NCBI GenBank assembly: GCA_963663865.1
Contig: OY760686.1
Span: 448,001 to 512,000 of the forward strand
DNA from: Spirochaetota bacterium
GTDB lineage: Bacteria > Spirochaetota > UBA4802 > UBA5550
DNA length: 64,000 bases
Direction of reading: 5' to 3'
Shown: positions 47,783-57,575 of the stretch, in pieces
How the letters are laid out: each line of letters begins with the position of its first letter
Position numbering within the stretch: the stretch's first letter is position 1
Notes under the pieces: generated by a model
Seen by the model: only the letters and a program-made list of their open reading frames with translations
The model's database searches: none
What the model was told of the DNA's origin: nothing
Program-made: the position numbers and the translations under genes

Positions 47783-49036
47783 TTAGCAATAAAAATAGAA
47801 TATGCAAGATTCATTATCGTATACTGTGAATCCAGTTCCATCAATGTCGTTTATTGATACAATTCTGTCTGTTCCATTAATCATATCCTCTTCATCGATG
47901 AAAAGTATTTCATCGGGCCTGACAGCAAGAAAACGCTTTGGACCATAGAGAACAGTATCACCGGTTGGGGCATATTCACCTGTAAAGGACATGTTTTGAG
48001 AGTTTAGCTGTACAATTCGGTTATACGTAGTTTCACCGTTACCTAAATCGGAAATGTAGATTGAAGCGTCCTGATACATCACATCAGTCGGATCGTTTAG
48101 ATTAGAATATGTAGAGACGACTGTCTCGGTTGACGGATTATACTTAATTGCCCGATGCGAGGGAGCATTATTGTTAATTACGATGTACAGGATTGAGTCG
48201 TTATCAGCGGCGATGCCGGAAATTGTGTCGTTTTGAGGATCGAATCCATTTATGTTGTAATCGAGCGTTATTTCTTCAGTTGATATATTGTAGCTGTTAA
48301 GCGTTGAGCCAGTTGAGAAGTAGAGAATACCTGAGTTTCTGTCAACAGCGATAGCGCTCATGGCTGAATAAGTCAGATCGCCCAGATTCAGCATTGTGCC
48401 GGCTGAGCTTATGCTGTTGAGACAGTATATGGCACTTCCTGTCTGGTATAGTGAAAGATAGTAGGTTTCATCTGTAGAAACGTATATCCTGCCTATCATA
48501 TCATAGTCAACATCATGGGGGTAGAAATAGTAACTATTAGTCAAATCTGGGGTGAATGTGGTTGTATCAGATGAAATCACGTCCGTGCCAGTCATATCGC
48601 TAATCATGTACAGGTCATAATTAAAATGATCAGGAAATACAATCTTTGTACTCTCCAGCGCCATGCTTATTGTGACGTCGGTGTATGCGTCGGCTTCAAG
48701 ATCGGCGGTTGCGCTTCCGTAATAGGAAGCGGCGGCGGCATATGTATTGTAGGAAGCAGGAATGGCTGTGAGCTCGAAGAGTCTTGATGTGCCTGAAGGC
48801 ACTGTTACGTTGACAGTATCTCCATCCAGCTCATAGGCGGAAAATGTCTTTTCAACAGGCTCCATGTCTTCCGCGCTGATTCTGAGTGTGTATGTTGCTA
48901 TGTCAGGAACTGTCTCAGCCATGAACTTCGAAGGCAGGCTGATCCTTACTGTTGAATCTGAGGTATTCTCAGAAGAGCACGAAAGGGCTGTTAGCAGGGC
49001 GCATGTTAAAGCTGCTGAAATTATTAGTCTGTTCAT
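47783..49036 (-). CDS. Lipoprotein with Ig-like N-domain and NHL-like beta-propeller
   Basis: Lipobox TALSC, TVPSGTSRLFELTA, repeats PHDVDYD/AIAVD/GIAAD/PTDV. Start ATG 49036 after GAGG. Confidence 0.75.
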   Translation of the reverse strand: MNRLIISAALTCALLTALSCSSENTSDSTVRISLPSKFMAETVPDIATYTLRISAEDMEPVEKTFSAYELDGDTVNVTVPSGTSRLFELTAIPASYNTYAAAASYYGSATADLEADAYTDVTISMALESTKIVFPDHFNYDLYMISDMTGTDVISSDTTTFTPDLTNSYYFYPHDVDYDMIGRIYVSTDETYYLSLYQTGSAIYCLNSISSAGTMLNLGDLTYSAMSAIAVDRNSGILYFSTGSTLNSYNISTEEITLDYNINGFDPQNDTISGIAADNDSILYIVINNNAPSHRAIKYNPSTETVVSTYSNLNDPTDVMYQDASIYISDLGNGETTYNRIVQLNSQNMSFTGEYAPTGDTVLYGPKRFLAVRPDEILFIDEEDMINGTDRIVSINDIDGTGFTVYDNESCIFYFYC

Positions 49037-49085
49037 CTTGATTCCTCTTCGCAAAGTTTTCAATGGCGGCCTCAGTGATGGCCGC

Positions 49086-50879
49086 TTATTCGTAGTATTT
49101 CATCGACCAGAGTTCTTCACCCGTGTCGCTGTCTTCATGAGCAAAGTATAAGGTATTTCCAATCATTATAGTGTGGTAAAAGCTCAGGTTGTAGGGGAGC
49201 TCATGCATTTCGCCTCCTGACTCAGGGCTGTAAATAAATGCGTAATCGCCTGAGGCGATTTCCGACCCTCCTGTCTCTGAACTGCTGTAGATATACAGGT
49301 TGAGGAAATAATTGGATCCTGCTGAAAGGGTTGAGTTGATGTAAACGTCGTAGTATGCTCCGGAAGTTCCGGCGTATGTTGCGAGAATATCCACTGTGTT
49401 TTCCGCCGGGTCATAGGCCGCGACGTATATCTCAGTATCCTGAGTAGCGAGGATCCTTGACAGCGTCAGGAAAAGCCTTTCGCCATTTTCAGGGCAGGAG
49501 TTTTCGATGCTGGATTCCCCGAAGTTAAGTGTCATATCGTCAAGGGGAGCCTGTACAACAGCGGTGAGGCCGGAGTTATACCTGAAGAGCTGTGTCTCAG
49601 AATATGCGCTCTGCTGCATTGTTACATCCGCTGAGACAAGCAGGTATTCACCGCACTGAATTATGTCGCGGATATTGATCTGCGACATGCCTTCAACGGA
49701 AGGCTGGACAGAGAGCGGCTCAGCGGAAAGGTCTGAGCCTGATTGAACTATTCTGGACAGCTCATATGACTCTGTTGTCGTGTCAAAAAGTCTGAGGATA
49801 ATCTCATCATTAAAGGCAACAAGAGTTGAATTGTTGATTGAATAGCCGTCGGGGATTGACAGCTCATTCATGATTCCGTCAGCAGATATATACATAACTC
49901 TATATGTATAGCTGTAAGAATCGTAATAGCTGAAAACTGATAATCCGTTGAAGTTAAAGGGGCCGGAATCGACGCCGTAAGTGGTAAGGGCTGCCGGATT
50001 TGACGATGAGTCAACTGCCTGTTCAGATGTGCCCGATTCAGTGTCAACGATATATGGAATCGAATAGTACGCAGAGTTTGTCACATTACGGTAGGTGATG
50101 AAAGTGATAAGGCTGCTGCCGTTAAGGAACATGCTTCCAAAGTACGGGGCATCTAATTCGAGTTCAAATGTATGAAGTGTTTCATAAGTCCCGCTTCCGT
50201 CGTAGGTAAAAACGTTGAGATTGCCGGAGCTGTCTGAACCCGTGAAATAGAGAGTGCTTTTGTCGGCATCTGTTAGAATAAGATTTGAAGATATATTAAA
50301 CTGGTATGAATCCTGAGAAGAAACTGCTATCTGAGAAGCTTCACCTGATCCATCGTATTCAAAAAAGCCCCGGTTTTCGAGAGAGTCAGCGGTAGCAGTG
50401 AAAACAAGCTTCCCGTCAAGCTCCCTGAAGTTTTCAGGGCCTGAAGAGATAGGGCCATATTCATCAGTTCCGGGAAGAACGTCAGCTTCGATTTTTACAG
50501 TATAGTCCATCTGTATGGAAACCCGCTCGCTTGATCCTGCTGCAACGTTAACCGGTTCGGAGGTGGTGCCCGCGAATGGAGCGTGACCTCCGGCGTCAAA
50601 GCCTGCCGCAGTTATTCTGAGGTCAGTATCTGAGGGAACTTCAAGGCTTATATATTCAGGAAAAGGGCTTCTGACAGTAACGGGTGCTGTTTCTTCTGTA
50701 CCGCCTTCCACGTAAATTTTTACCGTCTGAACTGAATCAAGCAGACCCATTGCAGCCGCTTTGGATGTTAGGTTCAGACGGAGCTTAACCTCTCCGGAGG
50801 AAACAGCGCTGTCCTCTCCAGAACAGGAAAACAGAATAAGTGAAAGGAGAAGTGATATGGCTGTAATTGCAGATTTCAT
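49086..50879 (-). CDS. Lipoprotein with Ig-like N-domain and ELWxxDGT-like propeller
   Basis: Lipobox ILFSC, SSGPENFRELDGKLVFTA, LYFTGSD, GNTLYFAHEDSDTGEELWS. Start ATG 50879 after GGAG. Confidence 0.75.
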   Translation of the reverse strand: MKSAITAISLLLSLILFSCSGEDSAVSSGEVKLRLNLTSKAAAMGLLDSVQTVKIYVEGGTEETAPVTVRSPFPEYISLEVPSDTDLRITAAGFDAGGHAPFAGTTSEPVNVAAGSSERVSIQMDYTVKIEADVLPGTDEYGPISSGPENFRELDGKLVFTATADSLENRGFFEYDGSGEASQIAVSSQDSYQFNISSNLILTDADKSTLYFTGSDSSGNLNVFTYDGSGTYETLHTFELELDAPYFGSMFLNGSSLITFITYRNVTNSAYYSIPYIVDTESGTSEQAVDSSSNPAALTTYGVDSGPFNFNGLSVFSYYDSYSYTYRVMYISADGIMNELSIPDGYSINNSTLVAFNDEIILRLFDTTTESYELSRIVQSGSDLSAEPLSVQPSVEGMSQINIRDIIQCGEYLLVSADVTMQQSAYSETQLFRYNSGLTAVVQAPLDDMTLNFGESSIENSCPENGERLFLTLSRILATQDTEIYVAAYDPAENTVDILATYAGTSGAYYDVYINSTLSAGSNYFLNLYIYSSSETGGSEIASGDYAFIYSPESGGEMHELPYNLSFYHTIMIGNTLYFAHEDSDTGEELWSMKYYE

Positions 50880-51191
50880 AGTAGTCTCCATAATTATCAT
50901 AAATATTTCGGCTGGATCAGCCGTGACTGTCCATCAAAATTCTAATAAAACACAAAAGCATAAACATCTAAAAAAGAATAGACATTTACTGTGACACGGT
51001 TGAAAAAAATAAAAAGCACTCTCCAGACAAAAAAAATACACGAATCTGTTGAAATGCTATATATTGATAATATATAAAAAAGAGCACAAAAGGTGCATTA
51101 TTTTTAAAAAAAAGCGTTTTTTCTTTATCCTTTGCGGGATATTCTTTTGGCCTATTACGCAGGGGAAATTATTCTTTCTGGAGAACATACT

Positions 51192-51980
51192 ATGAAAATC
51201 AGGGTGTTGATTGCGGGATTGGCGGTTATAACAGCCGCAGTGTCAGCTTCTGCCGCTATTACTGTTGTTTCAGTCAAGGGGACGGCAGCCTATAAACAGG
51301 GCAGAAACTGGGTCCCTCTTACCGCGAAGATGAAGCTGAATGACGGAGTGAGGGTGAGTACCGGTGTGAGGTCAACAGTAGTCCTTGACCTTGATGGTAA
51401 TTCTGTAACCATTAAACCGCTGACAATGATGAAGGTGTATGAAAACTCATTGAAAGCAGGAACCAGGCAGACAAAAATCGGGCTCAAGCGCGGTTCTCTC
51501 AGGGCCAGTATAACCAGGGGGACAAGGGTTAAAACCGTTTTTAAGGTCGCTACCCCGGTAGCAACATCGAGTGTCAGAGGGACGGTCGAGGATGTAGTTA
51601 CGGGACCATACGGAACAAGGTTCACCGCCCCTGAAGGATCGTTCGATGTGCAGCCGAGGCATGGGCAGCCCCGAATCATAACCGGCAGGTTCGTCTTCTC
51701 AATGCCTTTTGGAAGCCAGAGGCCCAGCGTTCTTCTAAGAAGCAATGTCACTTATACCGGCGATCCCAATGCCACAGATGAGGAACAGCAGTCCCATGAG
51801 AACTTCGGAGGAGATTCTCCTGAGGGAGGCCTCGGGCTTGGAGATTCTATAATCGGGGGAACAGATTCTCCTGGCGGAGGCGATGGACACAGTGATCCGT
51901 CTTCCGTGGATGTTGATCTTCAGTGGCCGGAAAACAGCGATTCAGGCGTGAACATCGGTGTAGAGTGGCCGGTAAAATAA
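51192..51980 (+). CDS. Exported FecR-like domain protein with acidic Gly-rich tail
   Basis: Signal peptide, VKG...W.PL...L.DG..VSTG, LKRGSL, FKVATPVATSSVRGT. Start ATG 51192 after GGAG. Confidence 0.85.
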   Translation: MKIRVLIAGLAVITAAVSASAAITVVSVKGTAAYKQGRNWVPLTAKMKLNDGVRVSTGVRSTVVLDLDGNSVTIKPLTMMKVYENSLKAGTRQTKIGLKRGSLRASITRGTRVKTVFKVATPVATSSVRGTVEDVVTGPYGTRFTAPEGSFDVQPRHGQPRIITGRFVFSMPFGSQRPSVLLRSNVTYTGDPNATDEEQQSHENFGGDSPEGGLGLGDSIIGGTDSPGGGDGHSDPSSVDVDLQWPENSDSGVNIGVEWPVK

Positions 51981-52011
51981 CACAATCACAATTAAAACCG
52001 AGGAGAATTAC

Positions 52012-52470
52012 ATGAAATATAATCTGCTACTTGCGGCGATTCTGCTCCTTGCAGGGTTTCCCGCGGCCGCTCAGGACGCGGGTTCACTGGCTTTTGTCAA
52101 TCAGCTGGACGATAAGGCTTCGGCGACCTGGGGCGACGCGGTGAGATTTTTCGTTCTTACAATGGGCGGTCAGTCTGCCGGATTCCGTAAGGACATCCAG
52201 TTTTTGAACAGCCGCGGCATCTCAACGAATATCGGCCTCGCTGAAGGCGATACGCTTCGGAAGGGAGCAGCGGCCCTCATGGTCGCGAGATATCTCAAGC
52301 TGAGCGATTCTCTCTGGTACAGCATCTTCGGAACCCAGCGCTATGCCTTCAGGGCCTGCGCATCGGCGGGGATAATGCCCGCGAACGGCAGCGAACGCGA
52401 TATCATCAGCGGTCCTGAACTGATAGAGATAATGCGAATAACAGGCGAGATGAGCGGAGGGGACCGATGA
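52012..52470 (+). CDS. Exported protein with SLH-like repeats
   Basis: Signal peptide, ATWGDAV, TLRKGAAALMV, ISGPELI repeated helix-start motifs. GAGGAG RBS. Confidence 0.6.
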   Translation: MKYNLLLAAILLLAGFPAAAQDAGSLAFVNQLDDKASATWGDAVRFFVLTMGGQSAGFRKDIQFLNSRGISTNIGLAEGDTLRKGAAALMVARYLKLSDSLWYSIFGTQRYAFRACASAGIMPANGSERDIISGPELIEIMRITGEMSGGDR

Positions 52471-53831
52471 AGTTAATGTCTATAAAGAGGATTGCAGCAA
52501 TATCTGTGTTTCTTGTTTCTGCTGTGACCGTTTCTGCTCAGGAGACGGATTCACTCTTTCCCGAGTTCTCACCGGATGTGGACATGAAGAGCTCTGTTCC
52601 TGAAAACAGCTTTTCAAACAGAGGAATCCAGTTTGGAGGCTGGACGGTTCCGGTTTATTTCTCCGACTCATCCTCAGATTCCTCAACATTTGCGAACACC
52701 CTCAGGCTCTGGGGAAGGGCCTGGCTTTGGGAAAACAGCTCAATTTATATCAGAGGAAAATACACGTATACGAGAACCGATGCCGGCGAAGTTGAGTCCG
52801 ACAATATCATCGATCTTGACCTTGGGTATCTGCAGGCGGGGTTTGCTGATAATGCTCTGCGGTTTTCTGCCGGCAGGAAGTACTTTACGTTAGGCAACGG
52901 CTTCATCCTTAACGGAAGAGGCGATGGAGGCGAGATTGAGCTTACAGGCAGAATAGCTGACGTTAAGCTGCTGGCTTCGTACACCGGATTGCTCAAGAAG
53001 GACGATAACCCGTATAATCTGAGCAGTAAGGACTATTCGGACGGAGCAAAGCGTCTCTTCGCCGGCGGGTCAATATCACACACTATTTTTAACCAGACAA
53101 TTTATCTGATGGGGCTCTATCAGAAGGATTATGCCGATGAGACTGAGGTTTCAAAAAGGTACGACTCGCAGTATTATGGCGTCGGGTTAAAGGGGGTTTT
53201 CCCCGCGGGTATTATGTACTACGGTGAAATGTTTATTGAGAAGGGCAGCACCTTCTCTTACAGTTCAGTCGGAAATAATTTGACTGTCAATGAGGAGGAT
53301 ATCGACGCAATAGCTGCCGTAGCGGGTATTAACTGGAACATCGGCTCGGTCTTCAAGCCCCAGCTTATTCTACAGTACTCTTACGGGTCCGCCGACTCTG
53401 ACAGGACAGATTACTCAACACCGTATGGAAACACTGCCTCTACGGATGGGGGCTTTATTCCCTTCGGGACGTATCTTGCCGGGTACGGCCTCAGGCCTCA
53501 GATAGGGAATATGCACGCTTTCAGAGCGGGCATCTCCTTTGCGCCTCTGGATATGTCACAGTCAGTTTTTCTGAACAGGATGACTGTTATTGCCAAGTAT
53601 TCTTATTACCTAAAGGCCGACAAAGACGCTGCAGTCGATACCGGCTACGGAGCGGAACAGGTCCCGGGCGAAGCATTTGTGGGACACGGTATCGATGCAG
53701 GACTCAGATGGCGGATTTTTTCGGATCTGGCTTTATTTGCCAATTATGGCGTTTTTCTTCCCGGAGAGGCATTTGCTTCAGAAGCCGAAAAGAACCACTT
53801 CTTTATGACCGGAATGAATCTCGGGTTTTAG
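52467..53831 (+). CDS. Outer-membrane beta-barrel (alginate-export/porin-like)
   Basis: Signal peptide, alternating beta strands, AGRKYFTLGNG, C-terminal FMTGMNLGF beta signal. Confidence 0.8.
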   Translation: MKLMSIKRIAAISVFLVSAVTVSAQETDSLFPEFSPDVDMKSSVPENSFSNRGIQFGGWTVPVYFSDSSSDSSTFANTLRLWGRAWLWENSSIYIRGKYTYTRTDAGEVESDNIIDLDLGYLQAGFADNALRFSAGRKYFTLGNGFILNGRGDGGEIELTGRIADVKLLASYTGLLKKDDNPYNLSSKDYSDGAKRLFAGGSISHTIFNQTIYLMGLYQKDYADETEVSKRYDSQYYGVGLKGVFPAGIMYYGEMFIEKGSTFSYSSVGNNLTVNEEDIDAIAAVAGINWNIGSVFKPQLILQYSYGSADSDRTDYSTPYGNTASTDGGFIPFGTYLAGYGLRPQIGNMHAFRAGISFAPLDMSQSVFLNRMTVIAKYSYYLKADKDAAVDTGYGAEQVPGEAFVGHGIDAGLRWRIFSDLALFANYGVFLPGEAFASEAEKNHFFMTGMNLGF

Positions 53832-53842
53832 GGGTTTACTTG

Positions 53843-53875
53843 CGAAGCGCATTGCCTTTCAGGCGTTGCGCTTCG
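53843..53875. terminator. Stem-loop between convergent genes
   Basis: CGAAGCGCA..GCCT/AGGC..TGCGCTTCG. Overlaps the marR stop. Confidence 0.55.
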
Positions 53876-54338
53876 GTCCCCATATGTCAAAGTAGGCGCT
53901 GTCATTATCCAGCATTTCTTTCATTTTTACAAGGATATCCTCAAGCAGCTCAAGCTGCTCCTCTGAAAGCCTGTCCAGCTTCTGTGTAATCGCTTTGTTG
54001 ATAGCGGTTTTGCCCTTTTTCAGTATTGAATTTCCAGCAGCGGTGAGCGAAACGTGAATCACCCTTCTGTCATCAGGATCGTTCTCTCTTATAGCGAATC
54101 CTTTCTCGATGAGCTTGTTTATCAGAGTGGTCACATTGGGTTTGGACATGGACAGCGCCTTGCTTATCTGCGTCATCGTGGCGCGTTTTTTGTGCATAAT
54201 AAAAATCATAGCGTGTACGTCTGAAGGGGAGAGCACATTCGGCAGCGCGTTGTGCGGCGGCCTGAAGTAGTGGTTCATGAAAGTTGGCGGATAGAACAGC
54301 ATATCCTTGAGATTTTTGATTGATTCAGAACGTGTCAT
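53859..54338 (-). CDS. MarR family transcriptional regulator
   Basis: SKPNVTTLINKLIEKG, DPDDRRVIHVSLT. Start ATG 54338 after GAGG. Confidence 0.93.
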   Translation of the reverse strand: MTRSESIKNLKDMLFYPPTFMNHYFRPPHNALPNVLSPSDVHAMIFIMHKKRATMTQISKALSMSKPNVTTLINKLIEKGFAIRENDPDDRRVIHVSLTAAGNSILKKGKTAINKAITQKLDRLSEEQLELLEDILVKMKEMLDNDSAYFDIWGPKRNA

Positions 54339-54393
54339 GTTATTCCTCTTACTGGCGCGCCGCGGGTCCGCGGCGCTTTTTTTATTTTTCGGA

Positions 54394-57300
54394 TCAGCCT
54401 TTCTTTTTCTTTGCGGCATTTTCCGGTTTTCTTACAATAATTCTGGCTTCCGTGGCCGATCTGAACCTGTCGATGTACCCGAAGACCGCAGGAACTGCCA
54501 CAAGCGTCACCAGCGTTGAAATGACGATCCCGCCGATAATCGAAATACCCATCGACTGGCGCATTTGAGCCGCCTTGCCTATCCCCATAGCAAGAGGAAC
54601 CATTCCGGCAATCATGGCAAAAGTTGTCATGAGAATCGGCCTGAGCCGCCTTATTCCTGCCTGCAGAATCGCCTCCTTACGGTCCAGTCCGGAGTTGATT
54701 CCCTGAACGGCATTGTCAACAAGGAGGATTGAATTCTTTGTCACAAGCCCCACAAGCATAATCATGCCTATCATGCTGAATATATCAAGCATAAAACCTG
54801 TTATATACAGCGAGAAAAAAGCTCCGGTTATTGCTGGAGGAATCGCGAGAAGTATCGTGAACGGCGTCACAAATGATTCGTAAAGGCTTGCCAGGACAAG
54901 ATATATGAACAAAATCGCCATTAGCAGGGCGAAAACTATGCTGTCTGCCGTTTCCGCGAAGTTTTCAGAAGAGCCGCTGTAGCTGTAAGCTACGCCTTCA
55001 GGCAGCTTTATTTTGCTTTCGACAAGCTTTTGTACCTTTTCCATGGCGCTTCCAACGCCTTCTCCGGCAGCAAGGTTAGCTGTTATTTTGACAATGTATG
55101 CCTTGTTCCTTCTGTTTATTTCGGCAGAGCCTGTTGTCATCTCAGCAGCGGCGATTGAGCTCAGGTTTATCATCTTGCCGGAAACGTTCGGCACCTGCAT
55201 TGAGTAGAATAGCTTTCTGAGGTCTCTCTGCTCCGGCCTAAGGCGGGCCCTTATGTCGTAGTTATAGCTGTTTTCCTTAAAAGTACCGACTACAGCTCCT
55301 GTAATGTTATATCGCATCTCAATTCCGGCGCTTGTATTAGCTACTCCGAGGGCCTGCATCCTGTGAGGGTTGAAGTTGACTCTGAGTTCAGGGCTGCCCG
55401 GCTTCATGCTTGAGTCGATGTCGATAAGGCCCGGCACAGTTTTTATGGCTTCCAGTATCTTCCCTGCGCTGTCTTCAACAGTGAGCAGGTCGTTTCCAGA
55501 GACAATCATGATGAATGGAGCTCCCCTTTTGCTGCTTCCGGCATCGTCAACCGAAGGCCGGGCGTAGTCGAATTCCTTCATGAAGGATCGGACTTTCAGC
55601 ATATTGTCGTCTGTGTCGTGCTTGCGTTCATCTTTCAGGACAATGTTGATTGAGCCTTTGGCTGCTTCGCCCGCAGAGTTGCCCACTGACACACTGTAGT
55701 ATTCCAGGTCCCGCAGGGTCCTGATTTTATCTTCAATTTTTTCAAGGGTTTCCCTTGTACCCTGAAGGCTTGTTCCAGGAGGCATTTCAATGTTTACTGA
55801 AAACTGTCCTCTGTCTCCTCTCGGGAAAAAGGTCTTTTTTACCCCTCCGAGCAGAATGATGCCGCAGAAAAAGACGAGCACTGTCGCTGTAATTACTACA
55901 ATTGGATGTCTCAGAGAAAGGTGCATCAGCTTTTCGTACCAGATGTCGAACCTGTCCTGAAGCTTCATAAAGACACGTATAACCGGGTTTGCGGACTTCT
56001 CTCCGCTGCCAGCGAAGTAAGCGCTCAGGAACGGCGCAACTGTAAGGGCGTCAAATGTGCTTATCATCATCGCGAATATTACGGTAAAACCAAACTGCTT
56101 GAACATCTTTCCAACTGCCCCGCTGAGCATGCCTATTGGGAAGAAAACGGCGATAATTGCAAGCGTTGTCGCAATTACCGCAAGCATGACCTCTGTTGTT
56201 CCTATTTCGGCAGCTTTGTGAGAGTCCATACCGGTTTCAAGTTTTCGAAAAATATTTTCTCTTACGACAATGGCGTCATCGACGAGAAGACCTACAACAA
56301 GTGAAAGCGCCATGAGCGTCATAATATTGAAGCTGTAACCCATAAAGTTCATTACGATTACCGCTCCGAGGAGGCTGTTAGGTATGGCGACAGCGGTAAT
56401 AATTGTAGACCTTACATTTCCGAGGAAAAGGTAGACTACAAACACGGCCAGTATTATCCCCAGGACAATTGACAATATGGCTTCATCAACGTTAGTCCTT
56501 ATCCATTCGGACTGGTCGTGGGTCACGAAAAGGCTTGAATTGCCATCCTGACCTTTGAGCTGTTCGTTGATATCCTTTATCTTCTCCCGAACGCCGTCAG
56601 TAACAGTGACGGTGTTTTTTCCGGACTGTTTTACCACAGAAAGATAAACGCATGACTGAATGCCTCTTGCAGATGAGGTCTTTTTATCAGGGAAGTATAT
56701 GTATCCTTCACTGGTTACATCTTCGAGGCCGTCCTTGACCTCGCCCAGTGTGTCCACGCTGACGGAGTTTCCGAGGTCACCGGAAAAAGCCAGCAGAGTT
56801 TTGCCTATATCATTGATTCTCGTGTAGTCGCCCATTGAACGGAAAACAGTCTGGGTAGAACCATGCTCCTTCTTCCCAATAGGTACATTTTCACCGGAGC
56901 TTTTAATCTGTGACACAACGGATGTCATCGACATGTCATAATCGCGAAGTTTGCGCTGGTCTATTTCCACCTGAATTTCACGTTTTGTTCCGCCGGTGAT
57001 GGTTACATTTCCCACGTCTTTTAGCCTGGCGAGCTGGGGCTTTATCACCTCGTTCGCAAGGTCGTAGATTTTTGCCTTCGGCAGATCAGAAGTAAGTGCG
57101 AGAGTGATTACAGCTGTGGCGTCCGGGTCAAACTTCATGACGACCGGATCGTTTTCAAGGTCGTCTGGCAGATTGTTCATGGCGGTGTCAATCTTGTCGC
57201 GGACGTCCTGCGCAGCTTTGTCAACATCAATATCCATATTAAACTCAAGCGTTATGGAGGAATAGCTCTCGATATTTGTTGAGTTAATATGCTTGAGACC

Positions 57301-57525
57301 TTCAAGGGAGCCAAGCTCATCTTCAAGGGGCTTCGTGATCAGTGTTTCTATTTCGGTGGGCGATGCGCCTGAATACACAGTCGTAACTCCCACTGTTGGA
57401 AAAGAAACATCCGGGAAAAGTTCGAGAGGAATTGTTCTGTACGATATTGCGCCTATAATGATGATTATCAGGACAATACATGTTATGAATATCGGTCTTT
57501 TTATTGCGAGTTTCGCGGGATTCAT
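54394..57525 (-). CDS. RND efflux permease (AcrB/AcrD/AcrF family)
   Basis: AIKRP, GASPTEIE, GLLVDDAIVVREN, KNSILLVD, RLRPILMTT. 1043 aa. Confidence 0.96.
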   Translation of the reverse strand: MNPAKLAIKRPIFITCIVLIIIIIGAISYRTIPLELFPDVSFPTVGVTTVYSGASPTEIETLITKPLEDELGSLEGLKHINSTNIESYSSITLEFNMDIDVDKAAQDVRDKIDTAMNNLPDDLENDPVVMKFDPDATAVITLALTSDLPKAKIYDLANEVIKPQLARLKDVGNVTITGGTKREIQVEIDQRKLRDYDMSMTSVVSQIKSSGENVPIGKKEHGSTQTVFRSMGDYTRINDIGKTLLAFSGDLGNSVSVDTLGEVKDGLEDVTSEGYIYFPDKKTSSARGIQSCVYLSVVKQSGKNTVTVTDGVREKIKDINEQLKGQDGNSSLFVTHDQSEWIRTNVDEAILSIVLGIILAVFVVYLFLGNVRSTIITAVAIPNSLLGAVIVMNFMGYSFNIMTLMALSLVVGLLVDDAIVVRENIFRKLETGMDSHKAAEIGTTEVMLAVIATTLAIIAVFFPIGMLSGAVGKMFKQFGFTVIFAMMISTFDALTVAPFLSAYFAGSGEKSANPVIRVFMKLQDRFDIWYEKLMHLSLRHPIVVITATVLVFFCGIILLGGVKKTFFPRGDRGQFSVNIEMPPGTSLQGTRETLEKIEDKIRTLRDLEYYSVSVGNSAGEAAKGSINIVLKDERKHDTDDNMLKVRSFMKEFDYARPSVDDAGSSKRGAPFIMIVSGNDLLTVEDSAGKILEAIKTVPGLIDIDSSMKPGSPELRVNFNPHRMQALGVANTSAGIEMRYNITGAVVGTFKENSYNYDIRARLRPEQRDLRKLFYSMQVPNVSGKMINLSSIAAAEMTTGSAEINRRNKAYIVKITANLAAGEGVGSAMEKVQKLVESKIKLPEGVAYSYSGSSENFAETADSIVFALLMAILFIYLVLASLYESFVTPFTILLAIPPAITGAFFSLYITGFMLDIFSMIGMIMLVGLVTKNSILLVDNAVQGINSGLDRKEAILQAGIRRLRPILMTTFAMIAGMVPLAMGIGKAAQMRQSMGISIIGGIVISTLVTLVAVPAVFGYIDRFRSATEARIIVRKPENAAKKKKG

Positions 57526-57575
57526 TATTGTCTCCTTTTGTTGTTATCCGTAAGTGATTTCATGATGCCAGGCTT

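Noticed and set aside
54339-54419. Basic N-terminal extension of MarR overlapping the RND gene
   Set aside because: ATG 54338 has a GAGG RBS and avoids the overlap.
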